Assembly: GCF_009914755.1 (NCBI RefSeq)
Contig: NC_060941.1
Strand: one strand, 5' to 3'
Origin: the human T2T-CHM13v2.0 reference genome, Homo sapiens
Length of the DNA: 64,000 nt
Part shown: one piece after another, positions 24,864 through 38,423 of the stretch
How the letters are laid out: every line of letters starts with the position of its first letter
Position numbering within the stretch: the first letter of the stretch is position 1
Position numbers and translations under genes: made by a program
The notes under the pieces: model-generated
Databases searched by the model: none
The model's input: only the letters and a program-made list of their open reading frames with translations
What the model was told of the DNA's origin: nothing

Positions 24864-27266
24864 AAAATAGGCAGAGAGGCAGACGTAATCCTTCAGCCGC
24901 CCTAGCTGCCACATTCATTCCTCATTCCTCACTCCAGCTCAAACACACCTCTTATCATATCCAGAGGCTTGGGATCATAATTTCAGGAGACCACAGTAGA
25001 ACAGAGATGTTAGATCTGAAGCACATCCCGATCCCTGAATACAAAATACATGTTATCAGTCTTCCTGCTTGCAGTGCAATGTAACATAATCCAGCCTACT
25101 GATACAGTATTTAGCCATTAATTCCATATTCAATACTGACTAAAACAGCCCAAATCAATACTATCCATGAAGGCAGAGGGAAAATCAGTAATACAATGTC
25201 TGTATGTGATAGCTCATTTCTTATTTCACTTGATTATCATAAAGGCATATTTTGCAGGCCAGAACTAATAGGGACTATTTCAGTTAAAGAGAGTTGTTGT
25301 CTGTCTGTCTTTTGCTTAGTAACTGGGTTAAGAGGAAGAGGTTCTGGTTTGGGTAAGCTTTCAGGCAAACAGGAGAATCATAGTGATGGTGGTAGGAGGG
25401 GAACTGTTCTATACTGTCTGTTCTATTGAGTAGGACTTAGGCTTCTATGGTACAGGCAGTGAAAACCAGGAAATGAAGGAGTTGTTCACAATTGGTATAA
25501 ACAAGCATATATAGGCAGAGTTGTTGCAACCCAGTATCTTGCAGCTTGATAAGAACTGAAGCTTTGAGAACATCTATGAATAGCACTCTTGTCCTAGATT
25601 TTGGTATTCTTTCACAGAGTTTTCAACTACACATGTGCTCTATCTTTTGCGTTCCTTCTAAAGTAACTAGAAGACACTTGGCATGGAGATAAACACTGAG
25701 ATTGTTCTTCATTCATAGCAATGCTCGAACGTTGTAATTTGGGCAGTAAAGCCCTTAGTGGCTAAGGAGAAAGGTGCAGCATAGGGTTAGCCTCTTCCAA
25801 ACCGTATAAATCAAAGTGGTTGAAAGAGGTTCCCCATAGGAAAATCAAGGAGGGAGAATAATCACCTTTGGGCAGAGAAAAATAAAAGATATGTACTATA
25901 ATATTCCATTAAGTCACCTAATTTTGTGACTTCAGATGATTTGCTTTACGTTCACCAAAGCTGTACAAAAGGGGCTATTATATTTATCAGTAGAGTCAGT
26001 TTCCGAAAGGCTAATATATATTTACAAAGTATAATTTTCGAAATGTTAAAAACATGGCTCTCGTCCAACAGAGCATAACAGTGAGCAATGTTAGGTCTCT
26101 TTAGATCACTAATAAGGGAACCAGTGGAATGATATGCTCATTCAAATGAGACTGTGAGACATTGTCAAATATATTACTAGTGGAGGAAAAAGAGGCTGCA
26201 GTAAGATGGCAACATTAGATACAGAACTGATTATCGTAAAGGGGAAGAAAACGGTAGCATTCGAGGCTATCTTGACTACAGAACAAAAATATTTGCATCT
26301 TTTCAATTCTTTACAAGTTGACATTTGACATTACAGAATGCAGAACATAAGCAGTAACAAAGAGTAAGTCAAGCACATGTATATTCCCTGGAATATCAGA
26401 TAACCCTTAAGCAAGCTGTTAAACAATGCTTTTGTATGATCTTGTAATATTTTTGCTATATACCAAAATTTTAGGTCTTTTCATAATAACCTTTGTTTGT
26501 GATGCTTCATAGGTAATTGGCAAAATGTTAGCTATTTTATGACCACACTAATGTTAAACGTGAATGAGATGACACCTCATAATGATTTCTTTTTATCTTT
26601 TCCTTCCATGTATATTTCTCATTGCTCCACATTCACCTTCCTCAAATATTATTTTTATGCAATTTTCTAATGCCTATTATAGGTTGGGGCACATAATAAG
26701 ATCCTAATACATGCTCATTAAATGTAAAAAAAATTAATCCCCTCAAATTTCATTGGTTACACAGTGCCTACAGAATATTTGCTATTTTTTTAAATCAAAC
26801 TACTTATTTCAGATAGAACTCTTAGTCACAAGAGGTTCAAACCACCTCATACTTTTCCATAATGACATATTTTACTGTGCAGATTTATAAATTGAATTAT
26901 AACTAATGAATGTAATAAAATAAAAATTACTCATATGATATTGTACTCCAATAAAATAGGTGAGTGTATTTTTCTAATATTTTTATCAAGACTATCTAAC
27001 AAAAGAATTAAGACCCCTCATTAAGTAATAAATGAACTAAGGCTGACTAATGCTTAGCAAATATCTGGCTTATTAATTGAAACTTTTACTATAGTAACGA
27101 TATTAATTTCACCTAATATTACTGATCATTTACTATATGATAGGCATATGCTATGTGCTTTTAATGCATTTCCCCCACTGAATATACTGAATGTACAGAG
27201 TTATTGTGGAGAGATGGGAAATGTATATACCTTCAAGTCAGAAGACCTGAGTCTGAGGTTCAAAAA

Positions 27267-27608
27267 CAGTCATGTGTCACATAACATTTCAGTCAACCAC
27301 AAACCACATATACAATGAAGTTCCATAAGATTATAATGCCATACTTCTACTCTAATTTTTCTCTGTTTACATACATAAATAGTTGCCATTGTATTACAAT
27401 TGCCTACAGTATTCAGTACAGTAACATGCTGAATGCTGATTACCATTTGTAAGCTAAAAGCAACAGGCCATACTATACAGCCTAGGTGTGTAGGAGGTTA
27501 TGACATACAGGTTTGTGTAAGTACACTCTATGATGTTCACACAACGATAAAATCACCTAACAATGCATTTCTCAGAATGCATCTTTGTCATTAAGCAATG
27601 CATGACTG
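27267..27608. mobile_element. Tigger3a (MER7-type) MITE
   Basis: Terminal inverted repeats CAGTCATGTGTCACATAAC and TTAAGCAATGCATGACTG followed by TA. Internal TTACAATTGCCTACAGTATTCAGTACAGTAACATGCTG. Confidence 0.88.
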
Positions 27609-27630
27609 TACTTAGTTTACAAATCCCTTA

Positions 27631-27972
<342 letters not shown>

Positions 27973-28190
27973 TTAAAGAAATTTCACGTAAGCTACTTAC
28001 TTCCAGTTTATTGCTTTTTCCACTATAGGACAAGTAGCCATCTTCTTTTAGGAGCATGGGGTCTTAGGTAATATGATTTAGCATATCCATGTAGGTCCTA
28101 AAACAATGGTTATTTTCCACTTGAATTGGTATTATTTTCATCAATATAATCCCCTCTAAGAAAATTGTCCTGTGGATCTTTTTGTTAATT

Positions 28191-28290
28191 CTTTCTTTCT
28201 CTTTCTCCCTTTCTTCCTTTCTTCCCTTCTTCCTTCCTCCCTTCCTGCCTTCCTGCCTGCCACCTTCCTGCCTTTCTTTTTCTTTCTTTT

Positions 28291-28357
<67 letters not shown>

Positions 28358-28462
28358 CTTTCCTTTCATTTCCTTCCTTCCTTCCTTTTCTTTCTCTCTC
28401 CTTCCTTCCTTCCTTTCTTCCTTCCTTCCCCTCTCTCTCTCTCTCCTCTCCCCCCACCCCCC
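28191..28462 (+). repeat. Compound (TTTC)n/(CTTC)n/(CT)n polypyrimidine microsatellite
   Basis: About 270 bp of nearly pure C/T, including a long perfect TTTC run around 28290-28335. Confidence 0.97.
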
Positions 28463-28464
28463 TT

Positions 28465-28592
28465 AGCCAGGCCCATAGCCCAGGCTGGCATGATCTTGGC
28501 TCACTGCAACCTCCATCTCCCTGGCTCAATGGATCCACCCACCTCGGCTTCACAAAGTGCTGAGATTACAGACATGAGCCACCATGGCTGGC
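28465..28592 (-). mobile_element. Monomeric Alu (FLAM/FRAM-like or arm-recombined)
   Basis: CCAGGCTGG..ATGATCTTGGCTCACTGCAACCTCC joined to ATCCACCCACCTCGGC...GAGCCACCATGGCTGGC. Confidence 0.8.
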
Positions 28593-28818
28593 TTGTGAAT
28601 GCTTTCTTCTACCCATTGAAGAGTCAGTATGCAGTCTTCTTGATGCCAGGACAAACAGCAGAAAGTCAAGGAAAATCATATGCATCAAGTCACTTAAACA
28701 AATAAATGGCAACTATAGGAAAAACTAAAGCCACATGGCACAATGAGATCTAACTGGAATCTCACACAGAACAAGTAATTTTGCCTGAGGAAGGTAACTT
28801 CACTAGAAGACTTACTTC

Positions 28819-29210
28819 CCATATCAGTTTGCTAGGACTGGGATAACAAACTACTACAGACTGGGTGGTTTAAGGAGCAGAAATTAATTTCCTCTGAATT
28901 CTGGAGGCTAGATGTCTGAGACTGAGGTGTCATAGGGTCAGCTTCTTCTGAGGCCTCTTGCCATGGCTAGAAGATGGCCATCTTCTCATTGTGTCCTCAC
29001 ATAGTTGTCCCTTCACCTGTATTTTCTGTGTCCTCATCTCTCTTCTAATAAAGATACCAATCATAATAGATTAGTGCCCACGCTAACGACCTCATTTAAC
29101 CTTGATTACCTATTTCAAGACTCTGCCTCCAAATATAGTTACCTTCCGAGATATTGAGAATTAGGACTTCAACATAGGAATTTTGCAGGGACACAATTCA
29201 GCCCATAACA
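28819..29210 (-). mobile_element. MLT1B-like MaLR LTR
   Basis: CAGACTGGGTGGTTTAA...TTCTGGAGGCTAGA...GGACTTCAACATA...GGACACAATTCAGCCCATAACA. Confidence 0.88.
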
Positions 29211-30944
29211 CCCCAAAATGATGCCTTATTTATTAGTCTGGGTTTATAACTTTATATTTCTTCTCACTAACATTAGGAGGTTCTTGACTCACCATGTGCT
29301 ATTGAACATTAGATGAAACATTGGATTATAAATATAGCTCATGTTGCAATGATGCCAGGCAACGATGTGTGCCGCTGAACAGTCATCTCAGTAAACTAAA
29401 GTGCATGCGAGATGTTCCTTTCAGGATTTATTGTTTGGAGAACAAGTGGAAATTCTGTTTGATGAGAACTTGGAGCAAACGCTTTCTCCAGTGCTGACCT
29501 GGATCCTATTCTTGGCAATGCTCAGAGAGAAGAAGAGGATAGATACATCACTGAGATGTTGACCCAACAAGCATTCTTGTCAGCTACCTTCATCAGAATT
29601 GAAACCACATCTGAAGTCTCTCCACAGAAGGTATACCACCGTGTGGAAGCCAGGCATAGTGACCCTGGTTGCAGTGCCTTCCACTTAAAAGCACCAGTGC
29701 CTCTCAACATCTTCCTCTGCTATTTACGGTTACCAAAGAGGAATATATTTACTTTTTGCAGATTGTTCTGCTGTGTTCTCTTTTCTGTCTTACTCACACT
29801 TTACTGGAAAGAAAAAAAAAAAAATCATGCTTCAAGAGCTTCCCCTCTCCAGTCACCCAAAATAGGAATTTCTATCATTTTGCAGTTTCCAAACAGCAGC
29901 AGATCAGAATCTGTTTATTCTGCACCCTGAGGAACAGAACAAGTCAGACTGTGACTGTGTCTCATTAATTTTTTCTGTAATTTCAAAGAAGAAATGGAAG
30001 AGAAGAATCAGGCTTTAGGCTATGCAAAAATTGTTCAGCATGGTAAATAAATCAGCCCGAATCTATTAAAGCTCTTTTGGGCTACAACAAAGCAAGCTTG
30101 CAAACTGATGGTTGTATCCCTGAATTTGGTAAAGAGTTGCATAACACATCAGGTAGGCCAAAAAAGCACTGATAAATCAGTCTTTACTAAACATAAAACA
30201 ACTTGGCAAAGTTGAAAAAGAAAAGGAAGAAGCTGAAACGTGTGCATGAAATTTCCACATTAAAAACTCATTGGTCTTGCCTGGATCCTGATGCAATTTG
30301 AAAGGAAACAGACAATTCTATAATTTTAGCAAAAATATTTATGGTACAGTATACAAGTTCACCAAAACATTCTCTCCCAAGTTCTTTTAAGAATCAGCAT
30401 TCCTTACCCCAGCGGAGAAGCTGCTAAAACAAATTTATTTTTTGTTCATTTCAGAACTTTCTGGATTCTAACTATGAAAAACACAAATGCTTCAACCCTT
30501 CCCACCCCCATCACCATCAAAGAACTCTGTGACCACATGTCCTTCCCTATTTCTTTATACCACATATTAGAGACGAACATGTGGCTTGACATACATGATC
30601 TTTGTAATCCAGATCAGTTGGCTAGCAGTTCAAAGATAAGGTCAACAATCAGGTTCCAGCTCTAGGAGAAAAAATAAGGAATTTAAATTTATGGTTTTAA
30701 CTTCTGGCCCTGTGAAATCTCCGGAAACTCCAGATTTTGCAATATTTGGAAATAAGAATGTTTCCATAATATTTGCATATTTGCAAATACAAATGTGATG
30801 TGTATACAGTATTTGGAAAAGTATATGTAAATTTATATGATGAATACATAAAATAAATATATAAGTGAATTATTATTTACATCATACTAGGCTATTGTAA
30901 AGTTTGGATTAAAGAGAAAAAGGTATGTGGAAAATTAAATTCAT

Positions 30945-31165
30945 TTATTGGTTCATTCATTCAAACATTCGGCAAGCATTTATTGAGGGTTTATTTTTTG
31001 CCCTGCAGGGTCACAACGATCAACTTGAAGACTCTGCCCCCAAAGAATTCAGAATATAATGAGGGAGCTAGATGTGCCAGTTGATGTTTAGCAATCACTG
31101 TGTTAATGCTGGGATAGAAGGATGTACCATGGTGTGATGAGGGAACTAAGGAGAACAGATTAAAG
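30945..31165 (-). mobile_element. L2 3' end
   Basis: TTCATTCATTCAAACATTCGGCAAGCATTTATTGAG. Confidence 0.65.
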
Positions 31166-31172
31166 CCAGTCA

Positions 31173-31463
31173 GGCCTGTAATCCCAGCACTTTGGGAGGC
31201 CGAGGTGGGTGGATCACTTGAGGTCAGGAGCTCAAGACTGGCCTGGCCAAGATGGTGAAACCCCGCCTCTACTAAAAATACAAAAATTAGCCAGACGTGG
31301 TGGATACCTGTAGTCCCAGCTACTTGGGAGGCTGAGGCAGGAGAATCACTTGAACCCAGGAGGCAGAGGTTTCAGTGAGCCGAGCTCACACCACTGCACT
31401 CCAGACTGGGTGACAGAGCGATTCTGTCTCAAACAAACAAACAAATAAATAAATAAATAAATA
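31173..31463 (+). mobile_element. AluS lacking the first ~20 nt, with an (AAAC)/(AAAT)n tail
   Basis: GCCTGTAATCCCAGCACTTTGGGAGG... dimer. Confidence 0.93.
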
Positions 31464-31660
31464 AAGTCAGGAAAATTTTAACACCTTAAGAAAAGTCCTT
31501 GATTTTTAATGTTTAAAAATTGACAAAGGCTAATTTTAATCAAACAAGGGAGAAATAAAAATCAATAGTTCTCCTTGGAACTTCTCTTATAATTCTCACA
31601 TTTTTATACCTCTCATCAAGAACATCTCTGGTCAGAAGCAAAACTAATTTTCATTTATGT

Positions 31661-32206
31661 TGTGGACAGTTTTTAAAGTGGTTCCTAGTTATTCCCACTC
31701 TTGGTACTATACCCACTTCATATCCCCTTCCCCTTAAATGTGAGGGGAACCTGTGATTTGCTTATAATAGTACACAGCAAAGGTGATGGGCTATCACTTC
31801 CAAAATTATAGTATTTAAGCTGATTTATAAGTTGTCTTGCTAGAAGACTGTATTCACTACTAGCTTCAATAAAGGAAGCTGCTATATTTTAAGCTACCCT
31901 ACAGAGAAACTCACACAAGAAAGAAATGAGGGTAACCTCTAGCCAATAGCCTGCAAAAACTGAGGCCCACTGTCCACCCTCAACAAGTGACTGAATTTTG
32001 CCAACAACCACATGTGCACGGAATGGGATCCCTCTCCGAATGAACCTTGGAATTAAACTGCAGCCCCAGCAAAAACGCTGATTGGAGCCTTTTGAGACCT
32101 TGAAGCTGAGGACCAGCTAACCTATGCATAAATGTGAAATAATAAACGGGTGTTGTTTTAAGTTGCTAAGTTTGTAATAATTTGTTGTGCAACATGAGAC
32201 AATACA
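31661..32206 (+). mobile_element. MLT1F-like MaLR solo LTR
   Basis: TGTGG...GCAAAGGTGATGGG...GCCAACAACCAC...TGTTGTTTTAAGTTGCTAAGTTTG...AATACA. Confidence 0.82.
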
Positions 32207-32717
32207 GTCTACAAAATGCAAAAAGAAGAAACCTAAATACATAGATTCTCTGCTTCATAAAAGTTATTACTTAATTCGCTAAAAACAATCATTTTAAGCA
32301 CAATGTTTTTCAGAGGAATCCGTATACCATAAGGAGAGATACACACATTTCTACTGTTAATGTCCTCAACCAAGACTTTACTCAATTTTTTAGAGCAAAG
32401 ATATTCTGGCCTCAAAGTATACATATGATCATGCCCTTTCTATTCAACTCCCAGGCATCGGCAGATGATACAGCATGTCTTGGAACTCCATGTGTCTTTT
32501 TTTGCACAATACATTTCTGAATGCAAAACTCAGCTTTTCTCCAGAGACACCTGAGAATTATGAGAGAACTCGAGAGCTGAAGCAAACTGTAACTTTAAAT
32601 TCCATTAATCCTGCAGGTTCTTAACACCCTTATTTTTGAGAAGTATTCAACTCACATAGTTAAATATAGGTGAATCTATAAACCAGTGACCAATAAACTT
32701 GTTCTATAAAGGACAAA

Positions 32718-33233
32718 GGTAATGGTTAATTTTATGTGTCAACTTACTGGGCTAGGGAATACCCAAATTCCTGGTTAAACATTACATTTCAAGTGTGTCT
32801 ATGAGAATGCTTCTGAAAAAGGTTAGCATTTGAATTGGTAGACTATGTAAAGAAGACCACAGTCACCAATGTGGGTGGGCATGATCCAATCCCTTGAGGG
32901 CCTGAAAAAGTCTAAAAGGTGGAGGAAAGACAAATTAGCTCTTTGTCTGAGCCGGGACATCCATCTTCTCCTTCCTCCAAACATGTGCACTCCCGGTTAT
33001 AAGCTTTAGTACTCGAACCTGGATTTACACTGTTGCCTCCCCTGGTTTCCAGGCTTTCATACATGAACTGGAACTCCACCACCAGACCTCCAGCTTGCAG
33101 ATGACAAATTGTGGGACTTATCAGCCTCCATATAATCATATGAGCTAATTCCTCATAAAAAATATTTCTATCAATCAACCTATCTATCTATATACTATTG
33201 GTTCTGTTTCTCTTGAGAACCCTACCTAATGCA
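32718..33233 (+). mobile_element. MLT2 (B/D-like) ERVL solo LTR
   Basis: TAATGGTTAATTTTATGTGTCAACTT...CCAATGTGGGTGGGCAT...CTATTGGTTCTGTTTCTCTTGAGAACCCT..CTAATGCA. Confidence 0.88.
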
Positions 33234-33236
33234 GCA

Positions 33237-33633
33237 TGATGTGGTTTGGTTCTGTGTCCCCACTTAAATCTCATGTTGAATTGTGATCCCAGTGTTGGAG
33301 GTGGGGCCTAGTGGGTAGTGATTGGATCGTGTGGGTTGTTTCTAATGGTTTAGCACCGTCCCCCTAGTGCTGTCTAGTGATAGAGTTCTCATGAGAGCTG
33401 GTTGTTTGAAGGTGAGTGGCACCTTCCCCTTTGCTCTCTCTCTCCTACTGGCCATGTGAAGATGTCCCTGGCTTCCCCTTTGCCTTCCACCATGATTGCA
33501 AGTTTTCTGAGGGCTCCCCAGAAGCAGAAGCCTGTACAGCCTCCAGACTAGTGAGCAAAATTAAACCTTCTTTCTTTATAAATTACCCAGTCTCGGGTAT
33601 GTCTTTATAGCTGTATGAGAACAGACTAATATA
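33237..33633 (+). mobile_element. MSTA-like MaLR solo LTR
   Basis: TGATGTGGTTTGG...TTACCCAGTCTCGGGTATGTCTTTATAGC...GACTAATATA. Perfect TSD CAGCA at 33232-33236 and 33634-33638. Confidence 0.92.
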
Positions 33634-36202
33634 CAGCAAGATAGTAAATACTTTAGGCTTTTTGGTCCATATGGTCTCTGTTGCAACTACTCAATTCTGC
33701 TATTGTAGCAGAAAGGCAGTCTTAGACAATATTAAACAAATGAGTGTGATGACAGTGTTTCAATAAGTTTTAATTCTGTACATTGATATTTCAATTGCAT
33801 ATACTTCTTACATATTAATAAGTATTGTTCTTATTTTAATTTAAAAAATCAATGAAAACTGTAAAAACATTCTTTGCTCACAAGAAATCCAAAAACAGGA
33901 GGTGGGCTGGATTTTGGCCAGTTAGCTGTGCTTTGCTGATCCCTGCTCAAAATCAGTCACATAGCTATTAGGGTACCCCTTAGTGCAGTAAGTGGCAATC
34001 TCAGTGACTTTTAATGATTATAATATTTTCAAAATTCAGTTAATTAGATTTAAATTTAACAAAAAATAGCATGGAAAAATAAGAAGCAGTGGCAGATTCA
34101 AGGAGGAGGTCAGGGAATAAGGAAGCAGGATCCAAGGACTAGATGGCATCTCATATCAAACAAACACCAACAGGGCATTGCACTCTAAAAAGAAATAGAT
34201 TTATTCACTAGACTTTGTGTAAAATCTATAATTGTGATCAAGTTGCTAGGGTAGGAATTGATTGATTTCCATTTCAGCATATTTGTCTTCAAATGTGCAG
34301 AAAGTTCTCCTGGCTCCCTTCAGGATTAACATGGGGTTTGGAATAAAGTGATAGACACATAGGAGCAGGCCACAAAGACTAGCTATGCTCCTCGTGCTCC
34401 AGAATTCGAGTTCTTGGTCACACTTCTCTCCCAGGATGTTTCATCCTGCTGGCCCATTCATCAGACTGAACAGGAGACAACTATTTCAGCCTGAGACGGC
34501 CCAGGCTTGAGTAGGCAATAGCACTCGAAGGCTTGGAAGGTTGCTGCTGCTTTTTTGGAAAAATGTGAAACTTTTTCTAATATGTGTGAAAAGACCTGTT
34601 AAACTTGAGGAAAAATCACCAGCTACTGAGTAAGCATTGCCTTGGTAAGCCATATGTTTTCATGTTTCTTTCTGAGTCTCAAATCACTCCTTTAGTTTTA
34701 AGCTTTGTCTTCCATAAGAAAAAGGAAATGGGAGGCAGGAAGTAGCAGAATAAGGCAGCTGACCTTTGAATAAAGATCTAAGTTGGTCTCAAGGCCCCGT
34801 CCAGTTACAAGAATGGAGCCGCTTCCCTTGCATTACTAGAATAACCCAGGCCTAGATCTCTCTTCCCACTTCTAACATGCCTAAGGCTCAGGCTGTGCTT
34901 TCTGAGAGTTGGTAATAGGTATGCTCCCTCATTCTTTTGTGAGGAATCACCTATGTTGTCTTTCACCTTGGGCGCCCATCCAATAAGAAGCTCATCTTGA
35001 ATTCCCCTCCCAAAAAGTGAACGATTTAAAATAGCTTTCAAACAGACTCAAATGACAATGTCTCACAGCATGTCACACGTTTGCAGTCGTCTTCCTTTAT
35101 AGCAATTATAATTAAATCAAACAGTGGCAATGGTGTGTTTTTTAACAGTAAAGAAAAATAAGCAAAATTAAAGAAAAATAAGTCAGAAACATGGAAGAAC
35201 TATAGAGACCATATTTTTATCTCTTTGGATTCTGTGTGCAGACCGGTGTTTAAGCCATCTCCCAAAAGTTAGTGGACAAATCTCAATGAGCTTAGACTCA
35301 CACTGGGAAACATGCGGAGTGAAGACGTCATTCCTAAGGTTTATTTTAAATCCTCCACTTTGTAATTCTTGACAGTGGATGTACGTTGAGACATTAGCAA
35401 ATGACGTGTAACTTCAAATGGGAAGATCCCTTGTCCTTCCTGAGAATAGAGTTGCATGTGACACACTCTCCAAAGAAATTATTTTTGTCTTCCTCTACAA
35501 GCTAAAGGCCTAGATTAGAATTGGGATACTGGGATAGGGTTACAGATTCTTAAATAAACCTGGAAGGGATTTAAGAGAGCTTAGCTAGAGGATCACTAAT
35601 CTTGGGAATGACAATCCTGAATGTCCTGGTGATTTGCTGCAGGTTGCTCAGCTACTTAATGGATGTGCTAATTGGATCAAAGACTTATTTCTTTTTCAGA
35701 TTTCAAAAGTAGATCCATCAGGTTTCTTTTATTCCCCATAAATGGTTCTTTATGAAGAAAAAACAGACTCCTATGTTAAGACAAAAACAAAAGAAAGAAT
35801 TAATGCTGCTTACCTTTTTCCTTGACCTAAGGAAGAAAAGTAGAGGAATATGAAGAGAACAGAGAGAGCTGGGTCACTTTGTTCCTTTACTTAGGGCAGA
35901 TGGGCATATACTGATAATGAGAAAGCAGGGTGGACACTGTTCTGAAAACCCCTGGGGCTCCTAGAAACTGGTCTTGAGTTTTCTTGTTACAGAGAAATAA
36001 TAATTCTGTGGGCAGGTCTCAGCAAGTACAACATCAGTGGCAAGAAGGAGGTAAGGGCCCTGTCATTTTAGGATGCTCCAGGGACAGAATGCCATATGGT
36101 GAGTCTTGATGGGGGTAGTCTCACTCCCTTTTGAGAGAGTTAGGCAACTGAATCTGCACTGCCAAAGTCCAGGTGAGTCACACTTATTAAAAAAATATTG
36201 TC

Positions 36203-36511
<309 letters not shown>

Positions 36512-37076
36512 TCACATTCCATTTCAAACAGCATTTTTATGACAGTAAACTGTTTCATTATAGTGCATTTACAAGCAGCTGTTTTGTACTTAAGTTCTAT
36601 AGGTTATAATTAATTGTGAAGACAGTTTATTGAACAAAGGAAGGGATTCTCCTAATAAATTGGCAGATGGAAGGGGACATGCTATAAATCAGAGACCCTT
36701 AACTTTGTATTTGTGAAGACAGGCAGTACTCTTTTATGCTACATGTGACTCCTAATTAAGTGATCTTTCCAGAACACCAAGAGTCAAGTGCAGTCGGACA
36801 GATTGTGTGTGCTATAGCCCTACCCTATCGATCTTCATTAATTCATTCACTGTCTTACTCCACAGAACTTGATAAACTTATAATATGATGCATAACAAAA
36901 AGGAAAATAATAAATACTAGGAGGAATCAGACCAAAAATCAAGTATAAAGACAAGAACAATGATAATGTTAACTAATATAAAAATGAATACCATAGCATG
37001 TAGTATTAACGTTAGACATGGACCATAGATTTGGTTTAAGTTTCCTAGTAGCTCTTGGATAATCAACATATAATGA

Positions 37077-37605
<529 letters not shown>

Positions 37606-38199
37606 TCCAAAGAAACACAACTTTTTCTGCTACTAAAAACTGGTCATCTTTGAATAAATTCAGAAATGATTTTATATTTAAACATTTACCCATGTAGACA
37701 TCTTAATGGGAATAAAATTTGCCCATGCCATGAAAAAAATACATAATTTAAGATTTAAAATTTAAATGCAAGGTAATTTACATTTTAAAACCTCAGATGT
37801 AATGTAACTTTTAAAATAGGTCTTGATTATCTTATTGAGATATGACTTACACTGGCTAAGGTTAAAATGAACTAGTTTTCTTTGGACACATACTGGCCAG
37901 GGACAGGCAGCTATGAGAAAATGAGACAGAAGCTTCCTAGCAGCCAAGGATATCTATTCAGGATGTCACATTTCTTCTAGATCATCCTATCTTGATGGTT
38001 AGAATGCAGCGGATTATTTTGGTTTTGTAGTAGCTGAAATAATACAGGAATCAGCATCCTTATTCGTTTAATCTACAGCCTCAATTTTCTCACCTCAAAA
38101 ATAGAAAGGTTCTATCTACATTACCTTCCAGCTATAATCTTCTATGATTCTGTGTTGTCTCTGTGTTAGAAATCAAACTCTTTTCATTGTGCTTTTAAT

Positions 38200-38423
38200 T
38201 TTTTTACTGTAATTATTTTTATTATTATTTTTCAAAATAAAGACTCACTCTGTCACCTAGGCTGGAGTACGGTGTGCAATTATGGCTCAGTACAGCCTTG
38301 GCCTCCCGGGCATGGGGTCTCCCTGTGTTTCCCAGGTTGGCCTTGAGCTGCTGGGCTCAAGTGATCCTCCTGCCTCAGCCTCCAGAGTGCCTGGATTACA
38401 GGCATGAGCCACTGCACCCAGCC
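38200..38423 (-). mobile_element. AluJ with a central deletion
   Basis: Right-arm 3' part (...GCCTCCCGGGC) joined directly to the left arm (ATGGGGTCTCCCTGTG...). Confidence 0.85.

Larger units (their letters stand above)
32684..33945. mobile_element. MER58B (hAT-Charlie) hosting nested MLT2 and MSTA LTRs
   Basis: Left end CAGTGACCAATAAACTTGTTCTATAAAGG resumes at about 33639 as AGATAGTAAATACTTTAGGCTTT...GCAACTACTCAA and ends GCTTTGCTGATCCCTG. Confidence 0.8.

Noticed and set aside
28064-28705. Long K/E/R-rich and F/L/S-rich ORFs (up to 177 aa)
   Set aside because: Translations of the TTTC/CTTC microsatellite plus Alu sequence.
30408-30423. Possible minus-strand micro-exon (TTTTAG|CAGCTTCTCCGCTGGG|GTAAGG)
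   Set aside because: It would be 13 or 16 nt (not frame-preserving), the pyrimidine tract is weak, and no partner exons were found.
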